DNA from: an uncultured virus (IMG/VR IMGVR_UViG_3300033153_010090)
Taxonomy: Duplodnaviria > Heunggongvirae > Uroviricota > Caudoviricetes
DNA length: 64,000 nucleotides
IMG/VR virus record: IMGVR_UViG_3300033153_010090
Strand: one strand, 5' to 3'
This document shows, piece by piece, positions 28,940 to 37,121 of the stretch. Each line of letters starts with the position of its first letter. Within the stretch, counting starts at the first letter, position 1. A program made the translations under genes and the position numbers. The notes beneath the pieces were generated by a model. The model had not been told where the DNA came from, ran no database searches, and was given only the letters and a program-made list of their open reading frames with translations.

Positions 28940-30131
28940 CAAAGCAGGGAGTGAGGCTCAGCGCTGGGTCGAGCGCATCCAGAAGGAGAAGAAGCTGGAG
29001 GGGAAGGCCCAGGTCATCATGGCCTCGGAGGTCATCACCCCCTACCATCTGCGCCGGCCGACTGGTATCCCCAGCTTGGACATCGCCATGGGTGGTGGAC
29101 TGCACGCTGGGGGTGGAATGGAGATCCACGGGACGGAGTCCGTGGGCAAGACTCACTTGGCCTACTGCATCGCCGGGCAGGTACAGAAGAATTACGGGGA
29201 CAAGGCTGCCATCCTCATCTTCTGCACTGAGATTCGTCCTGACGTGAGCTACGCCCGATTGTCTGGGTTCCAGATGGCGTACAGCGACAAGGCCATCGAA
29301 GAGCTGGACTCCATCCGTCAATCTCAAGGGCTCCCTGGGTTCACCCCCGAGGAGGTCGAAGACCTCAAGTCTCAGATCGGGGAGGTGGTGGTGGTCACAG
29401 CTTCCACGGCCGACTACGGCCTGGACGTGATCATCAAGGCGCTCGAGGCCGGCTTCTTCCAGCTGGTCATCATCGAGTCCTTGGGCGCGTTCCTGACACA
29501 ACAGCAGGAGGGGAAGGACACTGGCGAGCGCACGGTGGCTGGACCAGCGATGATGGTCACCACGTTCCAGAACAAGGTCTACCCCCTGTTCATGATGGAC
29601 CGGTCTGATGGATCTCTCTTGGAGACCACCATCATTGGTGTGAACCAGGCGCGGGCCAACGTGGGCGGCGGGCCGAAGGCCCCCAAGACCCAGGCTGCCA
29701 TGGGCGCCTTCTCCTGGAAGCACGGTCAGCTGCTCAGCGTAGAACTACGCAAAGGCGTCGCGCTCAAGAACAGCAAAAAGCAGGACATCGGCCGAGAGGT
29801 TGGCTGGAAGCTCAAGAAGGGAAAGGCCGGCACACATGACGGACTCAGTGGGACCTACCACTACTTTCACATGAAGCGGATGGAGCCTGTGTTCTGGAAG
29901 GATGTCCAGACCACCTTCTTCGGCGGCGTGGATGAGGTTCGAGACCTTGTCGACGCAGTACTCGAGGTGGGCGCTGTCGAGCGGGCTGGTGCTTGGATTC
30001 GCTTCGGTGAGAATGGCAAGTGGAACGGACAAGAGCCCTTCTTGGAGGCTGTCGTTGCCAGCGAGCAGCTACAGGCTGAGCTACGCGAGGCCCTGGTCAA
30101 GACTTCCGGACTCCTTGTGAGGTACTCCTGA
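28794..30131 (+). CDS. recA: RecA/UvsX-like recombinase with Lys-rich N-terminal tail
   Basis: TGIPSLDIAMGGG, GTESVGKT, NQAR, AGAW. Confidence 0.92.
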   Translation: MAIALKKGAKKAAKKTVKKSVKKSTTKATTKASGSGSAKGSSSPKAKPSKAGSEAQRWVERIQKEKKLEGKAQVIMASEVITPYHLRRPTGIPSLDIAMGGGLHAGGGMEIHGTESVGKTHLAYCIAGQVQKNYGDKAAILIFCTEIRPDVSYARLSGFQMAYSDKAIEELDSIRQSQGLPGFTPEEVEDLKSQIGEVVVVTASTADYGLDVIIKALEAGFFQLVIIESLGAFLTQQQEGKDTGERTVAGPAMMVTTFQNKVYPLFMMDRSDGSLLETTIIGVNQARANVGGGPKAPKTQAAMGAFSWKHGQLLSVELRKGVALKNSKKQDIGREVGWKLKKGKAGTHDGLSGTYHYFHMKRMEPVFWKDVQTTFFGGVDEVRDLVDAVLEVGAVERAGAWIRFGENGKWNGQEPFLEAVVASEQLQAELREALVKTSGLLVRYS

Positions 30132-30586
30132 TGCTGACTTGCCCGAAGTGTGGGCTGGAGCTAGAGGGTGTCACGGCCGTGACCAAGACATGCTGGAAGT
30201 GCGGAGTCCGCATGACCGTGAAAAAGAACAAGCGCGGTCGCTCCAACGCGCAGAAGCGTTCCCAGGACCAGGAGCGGCGTGCAGCACAGCGGTATGGGAT
30301 GAGGAAACAGCCGGGCTCCGGGGCTCGGGACGGTGCCAAGGGAGATCTACGCGCGCCAGGTGTACGCCGGGCGGAGCTCAAGGAGACCATCAAGAAATCG
30401 TTCAGCCTGAAGCTCGAGACGCTGGAGAAGATCGAGCGTGAAGCAACAGGTTTGGAGGACCCTCTCCTGGAAGTGGAGTTCCAAGGTGTCTTCCCTCACA
30501 AGAGATACGTGATCCTTCCGGACTGGGTCTACGAATCCATGATCAACAGATTGGAGGCACTCAATGGGACTGATGATAATCCCTGA
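30131..30586 (+). CDS. PD-(D/E)xK Holliday junction resolvase-like nuclease with N-terminal zinc ribbon
   Basis: QERR..QPGSGA..KGD...ELKET. Confidence 0.7.
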   Translation: MLTCPKCGLELEGVTAVTKTCWKCGVRMTVKKNKRGRSNAQKRSQDQERRAAQRYGMRKQPGSGARDGAKGDLRAPGVRRAELKETIKKSFSLKLETLEKIEREATGLEDPLLEVEFQGVFPHKRYVILPDWVYESMINRLEALNGTDDNP

Positions 30587-31382
30587 CCTCCTCAACGCCG
30601 ACCAGCCTTTGATCGATACCTTCGCCTCCAAGGTGACAGTGCTGGATGATCTCTACGCCTTCCAGCGGTGGCTACAAGAAGCGAAGCAACAGATCGAGGT
30701 GAACTTTCTTCTCGGTGGCGAGGAGCGGGCGAACGGTATCCATCCTTCGTCCATCAGCAAGGTGAATGGCTGCGAGCTAGCATGGCTCTGGGAGCTGACA
30801 GGGGAGATCGAGAAAAAGGAGAAGATCGACCCGCACTCTCAGAATATCTTCGACCTCGGGACTGCGATGCACAACGTGCTGCAGACTCACTTCCACGCCA
30901 TGTACGGCAACCAGTTCGAGTCCGAGGTAGCACTCAAGATCCCAGAGCTGTGTGTCACCAGCCACGCTGATGGGCTCTTCACATTCTCGGACTACCGCTT
31001 CATCCTCGAGATCAAGACCATCAAGGAGGGCGGTTCGAAGGGATGGACCACGGTGCAGACTGCACCGATGGAGGACCACCGACGCCAGGCAATGCTCTAC
31101 ATGAAGGCTGCCAACGTCCCCTTCGCGCTCATGCTCTACTTCAACAAGAACACATCGAGGATGAAGGAACACGTCATCGTCTACGACGAGAAGGTCTGGC
31201 AAAGCCTCCTCAAGGACATCGAGAAGGTCATCGCCGCTTCGAAGGGTATCGGCGGTGGCCACATCACTCCACGCCCCGGGTATGCCTGTCGCTGGTGTGG
31301 GTATCTACATGCGTGCGAGCACGGAAGGAACAAGGGCAATGGCAAATCCTCACGGAGATCCTGGGGACGGGCGGGTAGTTGA
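30564..31382 (+). CDS. Cas4/AddB-like PD-(D/E)xK exonuclease
   Basis: HPSS..C, GTAMH, HADG, EIKT, Q..LY, CRWCGY..AC. Confidence 0.85.
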   Translation: MGLMIIPDLLNADQPLIDTFASKVTVLDDLYAFQRWLQEAKQQIEVNFLLGGEERANGIHPSSISKVNGCELAWLWELTGEIEKKEKIDPHSQNIFDLGTAMHNVLQTHFHAMYGNQFESEVALKIPELCVTSHADGLFTFSDYRFILEIKTIKEGGSKGWTTVQTAPMEDHRRQAMLYMKAANVPFALMLYFNKNTSRMKEHVIVYDEKVWQSLLKDIEKVIAASKGIGGGHITPRPGYACRWCGYLHACEHGRNKGNGKSSRRSWGRAGS

Positions 31383-32097
31383 CTACCGCATGAGCGAGTC
31401 GGAGGCCAACGAGGCGTACAGCTACACTGAAAGGGTCGAGGAGCGGCTGACCAACATGGGGATCACCCCCCGTCCTCGGCCAAAGATCGAGCTGGGACAC
31501 GGGAACATCTTCCCCTCCATGAAGAAGGGAGAGTATTTCGACGGTAGGATGCCTACCTCCCTCAAGGACCTGGACCTGGACGATCTCTCTACGTTGTTCA
31601 CGTTGTTCAGCAACTGGTACGCCTACGTTCGGTACCAGACGAGTCTCTGCGCGGTGCGGAAGTCGGAGGCCAAGCGGAAGCAGAAGTTCATAGAAGCTTT
31701 CTGCCGCAACTTCTACCAAGGTGAGAGCACCCAGGTAATGCGGGACAAGGCCAAGGAGGACTCTCGCTTCGTTCAGGCTGACGCTTTCTTCGAGGAGATC
31801 AGTGCCATGCACGACGTCCTCGACGCGCAACGGAGCATCACCGCCAGGGATATCGAGATCATCAGCAGGCAGATCACCATCCGCCAGTTACAGCTCGAGA
31901 GCAACCTCAAGCATCGTGGCTTCAACAACCGAGCCAACAGGGCAGCGCGCCACTCGGTAGACGAACCGGATTCGCCGGGGGCTGATGCCTTCGAGGAGAG
32001 GAAGGAGAGGGGCAATGGAGTTCCGAATAAAGCGAAGGCCCCCGTCTCTGGGAAAGGTCCCAAACTCCCCCGCGCCCGTGACCCCCGGGCACGTTGA
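31339..32097 (+). CDS. Hypothetical helical recombination-region protein (UvsY-like position)
   Basis: Coupled ORF, predicted coiled coil. Confidence 0.65.
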   Translation: MANPHGDPGDGRVVDYRMSESEANEAYSYTERVEERLTNMGITPRPRPKIELGHGNIFPSMKKGEYFDGRMPTSLKDLDLDDLSTLFTLFSNWYAYVRYQTSLCAVRKSEAKRKQKFIEAFCRNFYQGESTQVMRDKAKEDSRFVQADAFFEEISAMHDVLDAQRSITARDIEIISRQITIRQLQLESNLKHRGFNNRANRAARHSVDEPDSPGADAFEERKERGNGVPNKAKAPVSGKGPKLPRARDPRAR

Positions 32098-32581
32098 CGA
32101 GGTCAGCTTCACCTTCGACATGCCGCCATCACAGAACAAACAGTACAAGGCGGTTCGGCATGGAAAGAGACGGGGCAAGGCGCTCTCTGAGGAAGCGAAG
32201 GCGTTCAGGGAGCATGTCAAGACTGTCGTCGGAAAGGGGATGCACAAGCTGGCAGGCTTCCCATCTGAGGACCACAACGTGGTCTACCAGCTCAACATCG
32301 TGCTGTGGTTTGAAAAGCTCGAGAACCCTGGTTGGTTCGAGCACTTCAAGAGCGGCGCACACGCAGGAGAAAGGAAGGCCAAGACTCGGTATAAGATCGT
32401 CGACGTCGACAACCGCCGCAAGTTCTTACAGGACTGGCTATGCAAGTGCATCGGCATCCCTGGCGATGAGCAGGTCTTCCGAGTCGTTGACGACAAGCAG
32501 GAGGGGATACCTGAGCGAGCTGAGGTCACGCTACGGGTAGTTGACCGCGGTCAATTCTTCCCCGGAAGGGAGGCAGAATGA
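32015..32581 (+). CDS. rusA: RusA-like Holliday junction resolvase
   Basis: PPSQNK.Y, DVDNRRKFLQD, GDEQV; start uncertain. Confidence 0.75.
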   Translation: MEFRIKRRPPSLGKVPNSPAPVTPGHVDEVSFTFDMPPSQNKQYKAVRHGKRRGKALSEEAKAFREHVKTVVGKGMHKLAGFPSEDHNVVYQLNIVLWFEKLENPGWFEHFKSGAHAGERKAKTRYKIVDVDNRRKFLQDWLCKCIGIPGDEQVFRVVDDKQEGIPERAEVTLRVVDRGQFFPGREAE

Positions 32582-32940
32582 TGAAGAAGGACACCTCGTT
32601 CCTGGCGGAGTTCAACTACACGGAGCTGGTATCCATTGCGGAGCACAATGAGATCCCGGGTTTCTACCAGGACGGGAACACCAAAGGCATTCCGCGCGAG
32701 GTGCTCGAGCAGATGATCGCTACCCTGGAACCCTGCCCTGAGCCGGAACCGTTGATGAGCTACCGTGAGCGCATCACTGAGTGGGCCCACCGTTGGTGGG
32801 CGAGGTTGCAGCCCCAGATCCAGCCGGGTTACACCCAGTGCCCTAAGTGTATTGAGGGGCAAGAGAAGAAGGGTGTGTTCCGACGATGCTCTGACGTACA
32901 AGTTGTGGACTGCTACCTACGCAACGAGAGAAGTCTCTGA
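32578..32940 (+). CDS. Hypothetical protein
   Basis: GGAGG RBS, coupled. Confidence 0.7.
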   Translation: MMKKDTSFLAEFNYTELVSIAEHNEIPGFYQDGNTKGIPREVLEQMIATLEPCPEPEPLMSYRERITEWAHRWWARLQPQIQPGYTQCPKCIEGQEKKGVFRRCSDVQVVDCYLRNERSL

Positions 32941-33998
32941 TGACCAACGGCTGTGTTTCCTGTCGGAACCTGCCTGGCTGCAAGCTGGTCATAGGCCCAT
33001 CAGGGGAGGCCGACGCCAACAAATTTCTTGTCGGCGAAAGCGAGACATGCAACAGATGGGCGCGAGTTGGTGGCCACACGCTGTTCATGCGGCAGGTGAA
33101 CTACATGAAGTTCGGGAGCGCGGTCCTCCGCGCTATCCACACCATGAAACCCCCAAACGAAGATGAGGAGGAGGACTTGGAGGCTGATTTCCTGTCGATG
33201 ATCGGGGATGGGATCACATACAACGCTCGTCGAGACCAACTTCGGTTCCTCACAACTGAAGATGGTGCGGAGTTTATCCTCGACGGCCGCGAGGAGAAGA
33301 AACCTCGCGGTAGCTACCCACTCCGCAAGTACGCCACGGACGCTGGCGGTCCGGTCCGGGCAACTGATGAGCAGGTCACGTTCATGACCACCCCTGAGCT
33401 CATCAAGCTGATCCTGGAAGCAGAGAAGGCGGCGGGACTCGTGATCCCTGCAAACGAGATGAAGAAACAGAAGAAGGCGGCTGCGGAATCAACCGCGAAG
33501 CCGACCAAGGAGGTAAGGAAGATGGCTAAGATTTCGATTCGGAAGGGCAGCAAGCCGACCACGCTCCCCAACAAGGTTGCGGGAGGTGGCAAGGCCGCCA
33601 AGCCGGCGACCAACAAGAAGGTCGACACAGGGAGCGGTGAGGCCGCCACGGAAGACGCGGTGCAGGCCGTGGGCGGTGAGGTGGACGTGGGCGCCCTCGT
33701 GACCGCGGTGGTGGAGGAGGTGGCGAAGCTCAACGCCGACCAACTCAAGGCCGTCAAGAAGGAGCTGAAGGGTGTGGTCAACAGTGTCGAGGGCGCGGTC
33801 GCTGAGCTCCGTGCGGCGATGACCAAGCAGCACACCGTGCAGCACGATGTCCTCCTGCAGCACATCTACACCACGCTGGGCACGCTCAACGAGGCCCTGG
33901 CCGAGACCAACCTCGACGAGGTGCAGCTGCTGCCCCAGGGCTACGACATCGAGGCCTACGACGCCGAGCCGGAGGGCGACCAGTCGGGGGAATCCTAG
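32940..33998 (+). CDS. Hypothetical protein with internal in-frame start (33522) and probable -1 frameshift extension to 34129
   Basis: AAGGAGG before ATG 33522; GGGGGAA plus hairpin before the stop. Confidence 0.75.
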   Translation: MTNGCVSCRNLPGCKLVIGPSGEADANKFLVGESETCNRWARVGGHTLFMRQVNYMKFGSAVLRAIHTMKPPNEDEEEDLEADFLSMIGDGITYNARRDQLRFLTTEDGAEFILDGREEKKPRGSYPLRKYATDAGGPVRATDEQVTFMTTPELIKLILEAEKAAGLVIPANEMKKQKKAAAESTAKPTKEVRKMAKISIRKGSKPTTLPNKVAGGGKAAKPATNKKVDTGSGEAATEDAVQAVGGEVDVGALVTAVVEEVAKLNADQLKAVKKELKGVVNSVEGAVAELRAAMTKQHTVQHDVLLQHIYTTLGTLNEALAETNLDEVQLLPQGYDIEAYDAEPEGDQSGES

Positions 33999-34136
33999 AG
34001 CTAGCGCCTGATGCGTTCGAGGCGCTAGACCCTGACGAGCTCCGACTCCTGGCCGATGCGGCAGGGGTAGGGTACAAGGGGCTCACCGACGATGAGCTGC
34101 GAGCCAAGCTCGAACAAGCCTCCCAGTAACCTTCAA

Positions 34137-34170
34137 GCGTCCGCCTCCTACTCAGGGGGCGGGCGCATTT
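34137..34170 (+). terminator. Hairpin terminator
   Basis: GCGTCCGCCTCCT-ACTC-AGGGGGCGGGCGC-ATTT. Confidence 0.55.
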
Positions 34171-34184
34171 GGTATCATCAAACC

Positions 34185-34487
34185 ATGGACCTGAAGATTG
34201 CCAGCCCAGAGCGGCGCGCGGATGCACGGTTGCGGAGGATCATCAGCATGATCGCCTGTGAGCGAAAGCATCAGCAACGCCGGTGGACGGACGAGGCGGA
34301 CAAACGAAGGACACCAGCTGACTGGATTGCTGTGCTGTCGATCTTCATCGGCAAAGCAGCTATGGAGACCCCGCTCTACCAGGCGAAGCTCTCTACCACC
34401 AGCTTCAAGAAACGCATCGTTCAGATCGCGGCCATTTGCATGGCCATTCTCGAGGCCATCGACGAAGGCGGAACTGATGAAGGCTGA
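34185..34487 (+). CDS. MazG-like all-alpha fold protein lacking the acidic motif
   Basis: ER.HQ..RW, DWIAVL..GK, IVQIAAIC.AILE pattern. Confidence 0.55.
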   Translation: MDLKIASPERRADARLRRIISMIACERKHQQRRWTDEADKRRTPADWIAVLSIFIGKAAMETPLYQAKLSTTSFKKRIVQIAAICMAILEAIDEGGTDEG

Positions 34488-34818
34488 GAACTACGTCGTC
34501 TCCATGACGGCATTTGAGACTGCGCTCATTGCTCTGGTTCTGATGGGGGTGACCGCCATCGTTGGTGTCGGGACCGGCTTCTACTTCGGCGCCCGCCTCG
34601 CCGCCGCGGGAGTCGTGGACCACACAAACGAGGTGCTTCAACTGTGCAACAAGGTCGTCGACCACGAGGATGATCGCGTGACCGCGTGGAAGATGAACGG
34701 TGAGAGCTGTCAAGACGAAGTGGAGCGGTATCGCACCTGGCTCACCGACGTCGAAGACTCCACAAAGCTGAGAGCCACAGTGGCACACCCCAAGCGGACC
34801 AACCGCGGAGGGCAGTGA
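34477..34818 (+). CDS. Hypothetical membrane-anchored protein
   Basis: N-terminal hydrophobic helix. Confidence 0.65.
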   Translation: MKAENYVVSMTAFETALIALVLMGVTAIVGVGTGFYFGARLAAAGVVDHTNEVLQLCNKVVDHEDDRVTAWKMNGESCQDEVERYRTWLTDVEDSTKLRATVAHPKRTNRGGQ

Positions 34819-34821
34819 GCG

Positions 34822-34859
34822 GGCCCGGCAGGTGTAACAACCTGTCGGGCCTCTTTTTT
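34822..34859 (+). terminator. Intrinsic terminator between the replication block and the convergent tRNA array
   Basis: GGCCCGGCAGG...CCTGTCGGGCC-TCTTTTTT. Confidence 0.8.
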
Positions 34860-34862
34860 AGC

Positions 34863-34948
34863 TGGCAGAGGGTAGAGGAGTCGAACCCCCAACCTTTCGG
34901 CCGCCCCGGTTTTCGAGACCGGTTGCCACCCACGTAGCAGTACCCTCT
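34863..34948 (-). tRNA. tRNA-Ser(CGA)
   Basis: Cloverleaf, loop CT-CGA-AA, long variable arm, GCCA. Confidence 0.9.
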
Positions 34949-34953
34949 TCATA

Positions 34954-35025
34954 TCGGGGTGGGCGGGTTCGAACCGCCGACCTCTCGGTCCCCGACCGAG
35001 CGCCCTACCACTGGGCCACACCCCG
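34954..35025 (-). tRNA. tRNA-Pro(GGG), C33, no encoded CCA
   Basis: CGGGGTG acceptor, loop TC-GGG-GA. Confidence 0.88.
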
Positions 35026-35090
35026 TTGTCGCTCACTGACCTCCTTCTCGTGACACACAAACCTCGTTGTTGCTCACCAGTGATCAGCTA

Positions 35091-35164
35091 TCGGGATGGT
35101 GGGGCTCGAACCCACGACCTCCGGCTCCCGAAGCCGGCGCGCTACCAACCTGCGCTACATCCCG
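35091..35164 (-). tRNA. tRNA-Pro(CGG), no encoded CCA
   Basis: Loop TT-CGG-GA. Confidence 0.92.
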
Positions 35165-35241
35165 TGGTCGGAGAGACAGGGATTGAACCTGCGACCCCCG
35201 GCTCCCAAAGCCGGTGCTCTACCAAACTGAGCTACTCTCCG
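35165..35241 (-). tRNA. tRNA-Pro(TGG)
   Basis: Loop TT-TGG-GA, ACCA. Confidence 0.95.
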
Positions 35242-35245
35242 ATAA

Positions 35246-35337
35246 TGGCGGAGCGTGAGGGATTCGAACCCCCGCGACCCGTGAAGGCCGACCTCGGGTT
35301 AGCAACCCGGCGCTTTGCCAGACTCAGCCAACGCTCC
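35246..35337 (-). tRNA. tRNA-Ser(GCT)
   Basis: Loop TT-GCT-AA, long variable arm, GCCA. Confidence 0.92.
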
Positions 35338-35343
35338 GTAGGA

Positions 35344-35454
35344 CTAGAGCGCTGGCGTACTCGGGGGTGGGTACGAGGAGGATGAGGGCGAGGGCAGACG
35401 ACCGGCGTTGAAGTGGTCGACAAAGAACAGAGCTGCCATCGTGTAGCGGAACAT
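35344..35454 (-). CDS. Leader peptide of tRNA unit 3 (MFRYTMAALFFVDHFNAGRLPSPSSSSYPPPSTPAL)
   Basis: AGGAGGG RBS; 12 of the last 16 codons are Ser/Pro; stop lies 6 nt before tRNA-Ser(GCT). Confidence 0.8.
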   Translation of the reverse strand: MFRYTMAALFFVDHFNAGRLPSPSSSSYPPPSTPAL

Positions 35455-35474
35455 GATGTTCCCTCCTACCTTTC

Positions 35475-35502
35475 AGTATCGGCATCTCCGTCGAGATGTC
35501 AA
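35475..35502 (-). promoter_or_regulatory. Sigma70-like promoter of tRNA unit 3
   Basis: TTGACA-N16-GATACT. Confidence 0.7.
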
Positions 35503-35510
35503 CAAGAAAT

Positions 35511-35586
35511 TGGGGTGACCGACGGGGTTTGAACCCGCGACCTTCCGGGCCACAGCCGGACGCTCTACCACTGAGCTACGGCCACC
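35511..35586 (-). tRNA. tRNA-His(GTG)
   Basis: Loop CT-GTG-GC, G-1 encoded, CCCA. Confidence 0.95.
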
Positions 35587-35589
35587 ACA

Positions 35590-35666
35590 TGGTGATGCCG
35601 ACCGGGCTTGAACCGGCTCTCACCGGCTTGAAAGGCCGGCGGCTCGACCCCTTCGCCTTCGGCACC
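35590..35666 (-). tRNA. tRNA-Glu(TTC), atypical D arm
   Basis: Loop CT-TTC-AA, A at position 8, ACCA. Confidence 0.8.
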
Positions 35667-35669
35667 ACA

Positions 35670-35745
35670 TGGTGGAATCGGAGGGACTCGAACCCTCGAC
35701 CCCCTGTCTGCCAGACAGGTGCTCTCCCAGCTGAGCTACGACCCC
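35670..35745 (-). tRNA. tRNA-Ala(GGC)
   Basis: Loop CT-GGC-AG, G3:U70. Confidence 0.95.
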
Positions 35746-35746
35746 A

Positions 35747-35856
35747 TACCGACCCGTTGACTTGGCTGCTGGCTATTGGCACCGCGCACGGGTCAACACG
35801 CGCTACCGGACCAGCAGTTGCCCCTCCGCTCCTGTTCGCGACCAAGAGCTTCGGTA
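35747..35856 (-). ncRNA. Unclassified structured RNA (~110 nt) between two tRNA-Ala genes
   Basis: Nested pairings TACCGA/TCGGTA, CTTGG/CCAAG, CTGCTGG/CCAGCAG, GCGCG/TGCGC. Confidence 0.45.
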
Positions 35857-35934
35857 TGGTGGACGGGAAGGGATTCGAACCCTCGACCGGCTGGGTGCAA
35901 ACCAGCTGCTCTCCCGGACTGAGCTACCGCGCCC
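35857..35934 (-). tRNA. tRNA-Ala(TGC)
   Basis: Loop TT-TGC-AC, G3:U70, one bulged acceptor base. Confidence 0.9.
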
Positions 35935-35937
35935 ACA

Positions 35938-36012
35938 TGGTACTCGTGGCGGGAATTGAACCCGCGTTACCGGCGTGAGAGGCCGGCGTCCTTACCCCTA
36001 GACGACACGAGC
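35938..36012 (-). tRNA. tRNA-Glu(CTC)
   Basis: Loop CT-CTC-AC. Confidence 0.93.
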
Positions 36013-36036
36013 ACAAACCTTGATCAATCCCTCCTT

Positions 36037-36112
36037 TGGAGCTGGTGAGAGGACTCGAACCTCCAACCTGCTGATTACAAATCAGCTGCTCTACCAGTTG
36101 AGCTACACCAGC
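36037..36112 (-). tRNA. tRNA-Thr(TGT)
   Basis: Loop TT-TGT-AA, TCCA. Confidence 0.95.
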
Positions 36113-36115
36113 ATG

Positions 36116-36180
36116 CGGGGAGCACGAGGATCGAACTCGCAACACCCCCGGCCCAGGGCGTTACCCCTAGCGGACTCCCC
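36116..36180 (-). ncRNA. tRNA-like RNA without a canonical anticodon loop
   Basis: Acceptor GGGGAGT/GCTCCCC, T arm GCGAG-TTCGATC-CTCGT, anticodon arm reduced to CCCT-GGGCC-GGGG. Confidence 0.6.
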
Positions 36181-36184
36181 GAAC

Positions 36185-36260
36185 TGGAGCTGGTGGAGGG
36201 AGTCGAACCCCCGGCCTGCTCATTACGAGTGAGCTGCTCTACCTACTGAGCTACACCAGC
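36185..36260 (-). tRNA. tRNA-Thr(CGT)
   Basis: Loop CT-CGT-AA. Confidence 0.95.
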
Positions 36261-36458
36261 ATCGCCCTTTCTGTTCTCCAAGATTCCTTTGCACGTCTTG
36301 CACGTCACTTCGCCGTCGTGTCTGGTGTGAGTGATGTATGTCTTCCAATCCAACACGATCCCACACAAAGTGATGTCTGCATCTTCAGACCCATGAGACG
36401 GACCGTACAGGGTGTCTTCTTTTGCTCTCACCCTTCGGACTGTATACCGCACATTCAC
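36243..36458 (-). CDS. Small zinc-binding protein (71 aa) inside the tRNA array
   Basis: AAGGAGGG + GTG; H...TLCG...VTCKTC; stop lies inside tRNA-Thr(CGT). Confidence 0.65.
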   Translation of the reverse strand: MNVRYTVRRVRAKEDTLYGPSHGSEDADITLCGIVLDWKTYITHTRHDGEVTCKTCKGILENRKGDAGVAQ

Positions 36459-36469
36459 AGCGCCCTCCT

Positions 36470-36545
36470 TGGAGCTGGGGACCGGGTACGATCCGGTGAC
36501 CTCTCCCGTACCAGGGGAGTGCTCTACCAACTGAGCTACCCCAGC
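36470..36545 (-). tRNA. tRNA-Thr(GGT)
   Basis: Loop CT-GGT-AC; T loop ATCGTAC. Confidence 0.92.
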
Positions 36546-36548
36546 ATA

Positions 36549-36620
36549 TGCCCGAACCTGGGTTTGAACCAGGGACACCCGGCGTGTCGAGCCGGAGCTC
36601 TACCACTGAGCTACCCGGGC
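36549..36620 (-). tRNA. tRNA-Val(GAC), C33, no encoded CCA
   Basis: Loop TC-GAC-AC. Confidence 0.88.
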
Positions 36621-36622
36621 AC

Positions 36623-36698
36623 TGGAGCACGTGACGGGGTTCGAACCCGTGACCTCAGCCTTGGCAAGGCTACGCTCTACCAACTGAGCTACACGCAC
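36623..36698 (-). tRNA. tRNA-Gly(GCC)
   Basis: Loop TT-GCC-AA, TCCA. Confidence 0.95.
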
Positions 36699-36700
36699 AC

Positions 36701-37108
36701 CTACGCTGCCTTCTTCATCCGGTCGAAGTACTGCCGCATCACCGACGCCTTCACCTCGGCGTACGTCAAACCCAGGGCCTGCGCCATGGGCCAGAAGCAC
36801 TGCTTCATCGTACGCTCACGTCCGTCTGCCTTCTCGTAGAGATCGAGCACTGAGCACTGCACACGCCCCTCGAACCGCAGATCACCCTCGAGCTCTTCGA
36901 TGAGGCACGATGTGTACCCGTTGCGCTTGCGATTGGCCGCGGTGAGCGGAGCCACCTTCGCCAACAGGTCCTTGAGCGCTGCACGCGCACCCTCGTCGAG
37001 CTTCTTGAACTCGCCCCCGTACTTGACGTACAGCTCGTCGACCTTGTTGCGCACGACGTCGTGCTTCCAGTTCATGCGGAACTTCTTGCCGCCTACGGTG
37101 ATCAACAT
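36701..37108 (-). CDS. Hypothetical protein inside the tRNA array
   Basis: AGGAGAGGGAG RBS, phage-like codon usage. Confidence 0.75.
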   Translation of the reverse strand: MLITVGGKKFRMNWKHDVVRNKVDELYVKYGGEFKKLDEGARAALKDLLAKVAPLTAANRKRNGYTSCLIEELEGDLRFEGRVQCSVLDLYEKADGRERTMKQCFWPMAQALGLTYAEVKASVMRQYFDRMKKAA

Positions 37109-37121
37109 CTCCCTCTCCTGT

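Noticed and set aside
30564..31382. CRISPR-Cas locus
   Set aside because: This is a solo Cas4-like nuclease in a recombination cluster; no array or other cas genes are in the window.
32388..32395. Sixth GGTATAAG copy
   Set aside because: It lies inside the RusA-like coding sequence with no adjacent RBS/start, so it is probably chance.
35747..35856. SRP 4.5S RNA (partial GGTCCGG and AGCAGCCAAG similarity)
   Set aside because: The GGAA tetraloop helix-8 arrangement is absent.
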